Part shown: in pieces, positions 23,001-32,000 of the stretch
Position numbering within the stretch: the first letter of the stretch is position 1
Layout: each line of letters opens with the position of its first letter
NCBI GenBank assembly: GCA_964187785.1
Contig: OZ076409.1
Location: forward strand, 43,898,001-43,962,000
Direction: 5' to 3'
Length of the DNA: 64,000 bases
Source: Amphiscolops sp. MND2022
Lineage: Eukaryota
Notes under the pieces: generated by a model
Databases searched by the model: none
Seen by the model: only the letters and a program-made list of their open reading frames with translations
Told to the model about the DNA's origin: nothing
Made by a program: the position numbers and the translations under genes

Positions 23001-26000
23001 CAATTGTTCCGTTTGTTACACATATGATGTCATCTAGCCATACCGGTGTTTTAAATTCCAGCACTTTGTCGATGTCTTCCTGAAACACGGTAGGAATATC
23101 CGACAGTCCGTAGAATCCTTTCTTGAAACGGTAATGGCCGGTGAAATCACCGCCGATTATCGAAAATACACAATGTCTGGCTGCCTCCGCGGTTAATTTT
23201 GCTTGTCCGTAGGCGTAGTCCAAATCGATCTTTGACATCCAGATTTCTCCGTCGCTTCGGGTGATTTCCGCTGATATATTGCTGATCAGTTCTTCCATAT
23301 TTGGCATTGTTGCTTTTCTTTTGACACATGCCTCGTTCAATTTTCTTGAATCGAGGGCAATTTTTACGGACTTGTCTTTCTTTATTGTTATGACAGCCGG
23401 TGAGACGAAACAATTTTCTGTGGTGTTGTTTGCGTTTTCCAGGTGTCCGGTTTCGATTAGTTTCTTCAGTTCATTTTTGACCGTTTTTTGGAAATGTATT
23501 GGCACTTGTCGTCCTTTTTGTTGTATCGGCTTTGTGTCTTTTTTCAGTTGGATGTCGATTGCCAAATCTTTGATCGTATGGTTGTTTTTGAATGGGTCTT
23601 CGTATTCTTTTACGATCTTCTGTCTTCTTTCATCCGTTTCGATATATCTGATAATGTTCGTGTTCGTGTTCCCTTGTAGCCCGATTTCTAGTTTGTCCAG
23701 CCAATCCAGTCCCAGTAAGGGTTGGGTGTTTTTGTTCTCGGTTATTAATATGGGAAGTGTTATTTTGCTTTTCTCCGTTTTTACTTCCAACATGGTTTCA
23801 CCTTTGAACTTTATCGGGTTTTTATTTACGTCTACAAAGCTTTTTGTGGTTTTGTGTAATTCCGCTGTATTAATTATAGGCGGTATTATCGTTACCGGAG
23901 AGCCAGTGTCAATGATAAATTCTATTAGCTGTCCTTGAACCAATAGTATCGCTTTGTAGAAGTCGATCCGATTTATGCCGTTGACGGATTGGATGTGATC
24001 AATTTCGGGCCATGATTCGGTGTCACTGTCCGTTGACGGTCCTTTTTGTATCCGGCTGACGGTTTTGGATTTGCACACTTTGGCAAAGTGACCCATCTTC
24101 TTGCAGTTATTACACTGTGCTCTCCGTGCTGGACAAATATGTTCCATTGACCAATTTGGTTTACCGCAAAAGCGGCAATTACGGTTTGGTATTTTCTTCT
24201 TCCATGTTTCTGCGGTTTTTTGTTTCCGTATTGGTTGTGTGTGGGCGACTTGTTCTTCACTTGATGAACTTTCCAGTTTGACTTTTCGGGGTCGTTTATT
24301 TGCTTTTTTGTCTCCGTATTTGCGGTTGTAATTGTCTTGTTCAATGGTTTCGAGTACCATTTGAAGTTTCAGCGGTCCTTTTATGAATTTGTCTCGGGCT
24401 TTTTTGTCATTAATTGTTGCTGCAAATTTGTATGTAATGATTTCTTCCGGTGTGATGCTGTTGAATTCACATTTTCGCTCGATGTCCACTAATCTCTTCC
24501 AGTACTCGTCTAAAGTTTCATTTTCATCTTGTTGGATATTGAAAAATTGTGCCCGGCTGTGGAATACATTCCTTGCTGGTATGAATGTTTTCTTGAATAG
24601 CTTCAGCATTTCTGGGAGGTCAATATCTTTTAGCTCTTTGCCCCATTGTCCTCTCATGATTTCATGTTTGGCCTTGGGGCCTAAAGCCCAGATGACGTCT
24701 CCCTTGATATGGTACACCGTATGCGGATCCATTTGGTCGACGCCTTGATCCATCAATTCTTCTAGATTTCGGTTGTATGTGAGGTGTATGTATTCCGAAA
24801 TCTGCTCCCACCACATTCGTGGGTTTATCTTGGTGAGATCCGTTTCTCTATCCGATAAAATCGGTATTTTGTACTTGTTCTTCTCCAGTCTGTCTGCCGT
24901 CGTCTGGTTCATTATTGTCTGGTTTGCGGCTTGTTGCCCAGATCGTTCTGAGGTATTTGGGTCTGGGTTGTCCATTAGATTGCTGACTGCGCCATGTTAA
25001 GTCGGAGAAGATATGGTAAGAAGGGTGAATTAAATGTAATACAAATCAACACAAAGTAATGATCGTTAATGTATGAACTGTTCACTATCTGTATCATAGA
25101 GTTCAACTTCGACTAATGTTCATACTGTAAAGCTCTTCATCGTAGGCACTGGCAGGTACTATGAACTAATTAGTTCATCTTTTTAGTGACGTCTACTTCT
25201 CATTATTCACTTTCATCAACGAAAGATTACTACAGAGAATTCTAAGTTTTTGGCTATCAGCATTTCAAAAGATGCCATTGACATGAATTTATAGGATGAA
25301 AGCAGTGTACGGTGCGCATCTGTTCAACTTTTTCCCAAAGACATACATACTTCCAAAAGACTACCCCCGGCTGATCAGCCAGTACACGGACATGAAGGAA
25401 TGGAACCAGTGCGTGAAGAACCAGCTCAAGAGGTCTGCCAGACTCAGTCCCCGGAAAAACTCGGCCGGAAAGCGGGACTCCTCTCAAACTAGCGATTCAG
25501 CCAGCAGCAAAAACGCGGATGGCAGAGGTCGTAGATTGGAAATAGAGATTTCAATTTGAAAGATTTGTAATTTTCTTCAGACTTACATTCGGCAAGTAAA
25601 ATCCTACACTGAAAAAACTAATGCCATACTCTCACCTTCGCTAGTTTTAGAAATCAAATTTGGATGAATTCAGCAGAAACTAGAAGCCTTATTTTAAAGA
25701 AAAATATTTTGATCTATCACACAAGTTGAACGTGAAAAATCAGCAATACTTGTACGAAATGGACAGGTGACAATAAGTTTTCAAGTATCAACTAAGATAA
25801 ATATATTTTTGCTCGCTTTCTGTTTCCCAGAGTGACCGAACCTTATGATGTAATTGTTATTACTTTTTGTTCAATTATGTTTTGTAATTATTACAAAACC
25901 TCTCGAAATTTCCTTCCTCATTGAATAAAATTTTTTAAATAGACGAGCCGATCAATGCACATCCAGTTCTAGAAGTATTTTGATAAATGCCTGGTTTCAT

Positions 26001-29000
26001 TTGGACATCTTTATTATGTTCTTCATTTCCAACCGACACAGGAGATTGGACTACGTCACATCACCGCAAACGGAGGAGCAGCAGTCCGTCGAAAAGGAAG
26101 TACTCTTACAGCAATAGCAGCAGTGGAACCGATAAAAACAACAACAACAACAACAGTAGTAGTAGTAAAAACACAAAGAAAAACACAAAAAGCAATAAAA
26201 GCAAAGGATCAACCAGTCCCAACAAAAACGGAAACCGGGGCGATTCTAGCGACAACAACTCAGCAAGAAAGTCAAGCGGGTCTCCCGTTGGTAGTAAAAA
26301 CAGCGAAGCAAGAAACGACGAGAAGAGCTCAAAAACGAAAAAGGACGAAAAAACAAAAGATACAGCTAGTGAAAAAAAGAGTCAAGTGAAAAACGACGTT
26401 GACAGAAAGGAAGACAAGAAAACTGATGACAGAAAAAGTGGGAAAAGTCCGGAAAAGAACAAAGAAAAGAAGGGAGGTAGAAAGGACAGTAACAGTTTGC
26501 AGGGTAAGGTAACTGTCGATTCTAAGGCAGACAGCGATGACGGAGGTCGAAGCAAAAGATCAAATTCCGAGGGTAGTATCAAGAAAGGTAACCCCCAGGT
26601 ATAAAAGAGTGTGCGATACAATCATTAAAAATGGATGAAAATGAACATACTGTATCTTCCTTTTCAATTAAATAGAATTTATTTTTCAAAGCTTTTATGC
26701 AGCATTAGCCATTCAAATTTTGTATTCTAACTACAAAAACTAGACCTTTAGATTACAAGGGCTAGATTATAGGGCATATATAAAAGTTACAAAACTCAAT
26801 GAAAATAATGATATAGATGACAAAGTGTGGATCTTTGGAAGCCATGAAAAGATGCATGGCAAATCACTTGCTGAAACCTTTGTTTGGTTTTTATGACTTA
26901 TACAGCTCGAAACTTCAGTGTAAAAATTCATCAATGAACGAACTAGTGTAACGTTTGCCTGTCTCCGATTGAAAAGTTTGTTCCAGTAAATAGTCAGTTA
27001 CCGTTGATGACTTCCGCGTTTTTACAAAGCCTGTCCGAAGAACTGCAAAGGCTCAGAATCACATTTCGCCACCGTACCCATAACGAGAAAGAGAGCAAAT
27101 CAAACAAAAATCGCAGAAAAGACACCTGAAGTCTCATTTAGCAAAACTGCTATTTACGACAAGACGGACTTTGCACAAACTGGAGCTTTTCTTAGCAGAT
27201 TGCTACATATGGTGATAATTGCCTAAATAAGTCAGTTCATTCGACCAATCAAGTATACGGCGCCTGTATTCCCCTTCTAATTGCCAAATTGCCGCATGTC
27301 AAGTGTGCTGTAATTTATAGTTTTCTCGTTGTAAGAACTCGTGAGATACGATTTCATAATGTCTTGTACCTCGAAGAAATTCACCATTATTACCATTCAT
27401 TTTTGAACGTCTGTTTTAGCAGTGGTTTTGAAAAAAAGCGTAATTCACGTTGCTGACAGCAAATAAAGACTGGATCAGGCGGGTGAGTACTATGACGGAG
27501 CGGAATCCTCCTCTGACGGGACATTTTATATCTAAAGGGGGCAAAAAGGATCCATGGTTATGGGCGCCTGTCCCGGGTATATACCTATGCATTGGGTTCC
27601 TCCATCTCATCTCTACCAACGGAGAATCAATGGTAGCAGCTTGCCGTTACATGGAGACAAACCATTTTTCGGCGACCACAGAGGGATTGCTTCGGGGTTG
27701 GGATTACTTCCCTTAATGATTTTAAAAGAGCCGATCCTCTGGTGATTAGCGCCAAGTATGACCCGGAGGCACCAAGTATGGCGGAAGAGAAACCAGAGCT
27801 CTTTCACATTTTTTACCACGTATGTATGTCATTTGAGGCTTTCCGCCTTGTGTTTAACGGTATTTTCTTGGAAATGACCTGTATCAAATCATTTTCGGTA
27901 TTTTCTCTGACAAGTACATGTGGAATTATCTTGATCCTTTCAACAGGACACTCGGTAATGATCTAGCGTGCCGCTATTGGGCCGCAGAGAGTGTTAACAG
28001 ATGTTTTGCAGTCTATTTACATTTTCTAGCCATGCAAGCTGTTAGCACTTGCTCGGACGAAACCTACAATATGCCAAAACGAACGTTCACGTTTCACCCT
28101 TCCCATTTCTCGTGCAGACCTCCCAAAGAGATGGTCTTTAGTGAAATTGTAGCACAAGTGCTAACGTTTCTAACGGCCTAAATCATTTGCCTCTGGCTGG
28201 TTCGGTCGAAGAGAAATGATGGAAAGAAAGTGCGACTCCTCAATCCGGGTTGTATGAATTTTCGAGCTAGATCAAAAAACTTTTTTGGCTGCATCAAAAT
28301 TTGTGTGCGATCGTTTGCAAATCTTACATGCCTTCAATAGTGGGACAGACTACATTGGGCTATTTATAGACGGAACTAGTGGTGCATTACTGAAACTCAT
28401 TAAGAAAAAAATTGTCCTCGGGTTCGAAGGAGTGGGTTTGAAAAACTCTATCATAAATGCTTGCTCTTGTGCAGTCTAAAAGACTATTCTATTATTCTAC
28501 ACCTAAGTTGCAGAGCCGTCATTTTGCGAAGTGTTCAATTGAAATTTATATAAAAAGCTCATCATCAAAATCCGTGAAAAATGCTTTCACGGGTGATTAT
28601 ATTTGAATTTAAACGATCGAAAAATGAAACGAAGTAATACTTGTATCGCACAACCTTGTTCCCAGAACCCAGGTGGTATTACATGGATAGCCAAGCCGTC
28701 ATCAAACTCGCAAGGAAAGGGAATCCATATAATCAGAGACCTGAATGATTTGATGTTTAACACATCTACTGTGGTCCAGAGGTACATCGACAAGCCTATG
28801 CTTATATCTGGCTACAAATTCGATCTCAGACTCTACGTGATCATTGCCAGTTTTCACCCTTTGACAATCTACTTGTACAGGGTCAGTATTTGCCATGATG
28901 ATCTTTCTAGTTTTCGGTTTTCAACAATGATATGACACTTTCTGGATCTTGTACTGAATCTTTTTCAGTTGGAGTGTTCAACCAAAGACTCAACGTTCAA

Positions 29001-32000
29001 CCAAACCTTTTTTTCTCACTCAAGCATACAATAGAACTCAGCTCACAATCTGAGACTAGCTTTTTTTAATGAACTTTCAAAAAACATATAACTTTGTAGA
29101 GAAAAACAAAATTCCAGCCGATAGTTAATGTCAACGAAAATAAAAATATTTGCATTATTTCAGGAAGGTTTAGTGAGATTTGCAACAGACAAATTCGACA
29201 TGAACGAACTGACTAATGTGTACGCCCATCTGACTAACACCAGCATCAACAAAGGCAGCCCCTCTTACAGCGACAACAAAGACTCTGTAGGACCAGGTTA
29301 TTTGATCCAAGCAACTTTTCCTACATTTTAAGAAACCCGATTTCACTAGTCGATAGATCCATCCGTGTCCATTTCGTTGGGCTTTGATGGATCCTGTCTG
29401 CTTTCTTTAGAGCACTTTCCAGTAAAGAGTGTTCTGTATCAAGCTCAAGAACCACGAAATAATTCGAATTTACTGAAAATTAAAATTCCATACAGTCTCA
29501 CAGTGATGTCAATTGGAAAGCGTGACCTTTTGGCTTTTTTACACAAGTGGAAAATGTCAAGAGCTTGAAAAAAGGATACGTTGGAACAAAATAAATCTTC
29601 AAGTTGATAAAGCTAATGAAACTTTTCTTCCCAAACCTTTCGATCATTGTATTCAAACAACGGATAGCGACAATCTTGATGTCCATAATCAAAGTTGAAA
29701 GAATCCAATTTCAAAACCAGACATAGCAGCTGATTTTCGAAACGAGACGAGGTAGTCGAGATTATACACATCAAGTGTACATCAATTTAAGGTAAGTGGC
29801 ACAAAAGAGAGACCATTAAATTACAACGGCATTATGTTGAATGAAAGTTTCACATTGAGAGTTATTTGTTGAATCTAATGTTTCAATACGTTTTTGAATA
29901 CCATTTCCGCCCGGGTTTCCCGACCAGATTGATCATACTCTGATCATATATGGCCCCATACAAATCATACAAATTTTTTCCATGATTTTATTATGATCAA
30001 TCTGGAATCATATATGATTCAGAGTATGGTCAGCTTGTAACCATAAACTTCTACGGTCCAGTCTGAAACCATAAATGGACTTCTACGGTCCAGTCTGAAA
30101 CCATAAATGGACTTCTACGGTCCAGTCTGAAACCATAAATGGACTTCTACGGTCCAGTCTGAAACCATAAATGGACTTCTACGGTCCAGTCTGAAACCAT
30201 AAATGGTCCAGTCAGGAATCATAAATGGCCCAGACTATGATCAAACTGAAATCATGAACTTTTTCTACCCACGCGGGTTGCCGTGACATGCAATTTAATG
30301 AAAAACTTTCAGATATTAAGAACCGCCAGCTTCATGGGTTGAGTGCAGAACCGGCAATAGAGCCACGTTCGACCTTTCAGTGTGATTTCTGTTACTTTCG
30401 AGAAATATGATCACTAATTCAGCAAAAGCTGTCAGAAATTGATTATTGCGACCTTGTTTTCAGTTTTGTGATTGTATTGGAACTTTGATTGAGGAATATC
30501 TAGACATTTCATCAGTGTATGCGTTAATTGACTACGTTATCCTAATTTTCTATTAATGGCTCCAGACTGACTATGCTCTGGACCATATATGGTCCAGTCT
30601 ATGGCGAGTCTGTAATGTTTAATGAAATCACGTTGATCATAATATGGGCCATATATGGAAACAGGTTATTCATAGACTAAACCATATATGGGCCAGAGTG
30701 TGGTTAGCCTGGAACTATCTTCCAACCTTAGTATGATCAACCTGCTTTTGCATGATAGGGAATCTCGGGAAAAGTGATTAGATGGATAATTCTTAAAAAC
30801 ACATCGATTAGATTTTTGAGGATTTGCTTCTGTTCAACGAAGGCTTTTATTTTTGAATAAAAATCAGGAAAGCTACTTTTATCATACTTTTCTCTCAAAC
30901 TGACTGTTTTGTCTTAAATTCAGAATCGGGTATTTTGTCTCGTTCAATAAATCGCGTGTTTTGTCCCATTTATAATCGAATGTTTTTTAAAAATTTTTGG
31001 CCTTGTTTTTCATTTTTTTCAGAGACGAAAAATCTTACTTTTCGACGGGGAACTTTTTTCCCTCTGCCAGTTTCTGCCATGACTTCGTGCCATACCTTCT
31101 ATTATTTCACTCCAATTCATATGCGGCGTGATATGCACTTGGCCTACCCTTAACGTGGATAGCACAGAGTTTCTCAAAGAGTACGGTTGTTCGGGTCCCG
31201 CGGTGGACCATTTTTTACGCTCTTAAATGTAAAGGGGAGATGAAAGGCGTTTTTTTGGCCTCATGTGACATTTTCTCTGCGCTTTTCAAGTCATAGGCCC
31301 CTTGCTTTTTAGCAGAAAGAAACGAAGCGTTCTGTGAGCCTATAGGGCCAATCAAAGTTTTTCGGCACTGTGCGACTCACCAAAAACGTTCCAAAACGTT
31401 TATTTTACCATTTGGGTTTTAGAGGTTTTCTGTTGAGGAAAACCATTTTACGAGTCTTAAGGGTAACCTCTTTGGTTATTTTTTGGTCCTGTGTGACTAA
31501 CAAGAGTTTTTGGAATAGTTGTGAAAAGATCTACATTTTTTCCGGCTCTGAGCGACTTTGACTTTTTGAGATTTTTTTTGTCTTCACTTGAGGTTCGCTG
31601 TCTCAGTTGTTTTATGTTTTCACTTCAGAAACCGGCTTTTACGAGTTTTTTCGGTCAAACCGAAAAGATAATTTTGGCACTTTGCAACGTTTTTCGAACA
31701 AAAGTTTGCCAGGGAAAATCATAAATACGGGTTTTCGTGAATTTTAGTTGAGAAGTCTTTTTCAACCCTCAGAAGTCCTCATTGGACATTGTCTGTTGTA
31801 ACATTATACGACCAATATCTCCTGCTCAGTTAATATATTTAAACCCGAATTAATGATTTTTCCTGACACATTTCTGATCGACACTATAGTGTGTACGAAT
31901 GGCGGCTTTATGTTTTTAGTAGTTCTAAATGAATTTTTTAAACAGTTTCAGAGACGATGACTTGAGAATTTTACTTTTTTTGAAATGTTTCGTTCAAATA

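Larger units (their letters stand above)
19288..25202 (-). mobile_element. Ty3/Gypsy (Mag-like) LTR retrotransposon, recent and near intact, in TTLL intron 2
   Basis: 208-bp LTRs 19288-19495 and 24995-25202 (TG...CA, one visible mismatch); TSD TTATT; PBS TGGCGCAGTCAGCA (tRNA-Ser-like); PPT AAAGGGGGGAA; single gag-pol ORF. Confidence 0.97.

Noticed and set aside
23261..23938. Long + strand ORFs opposite gag-pol (also 48267-49019)
   Set aside because: Antisense shadows of A-rich retroelement coding sequence, with no independent motifs.
27416..28300. Cluster of short ORFs in TTLL intron 4 that looks like decayed coding sequence
   Set aside because: No recognisable motif; cannot be assigned without a search.
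30047..30206. 32-bp repeats as a possible CRISPR array
   Set aside because: Units are head-to-tail with no spacers; no cas genes; eukaryotic context.
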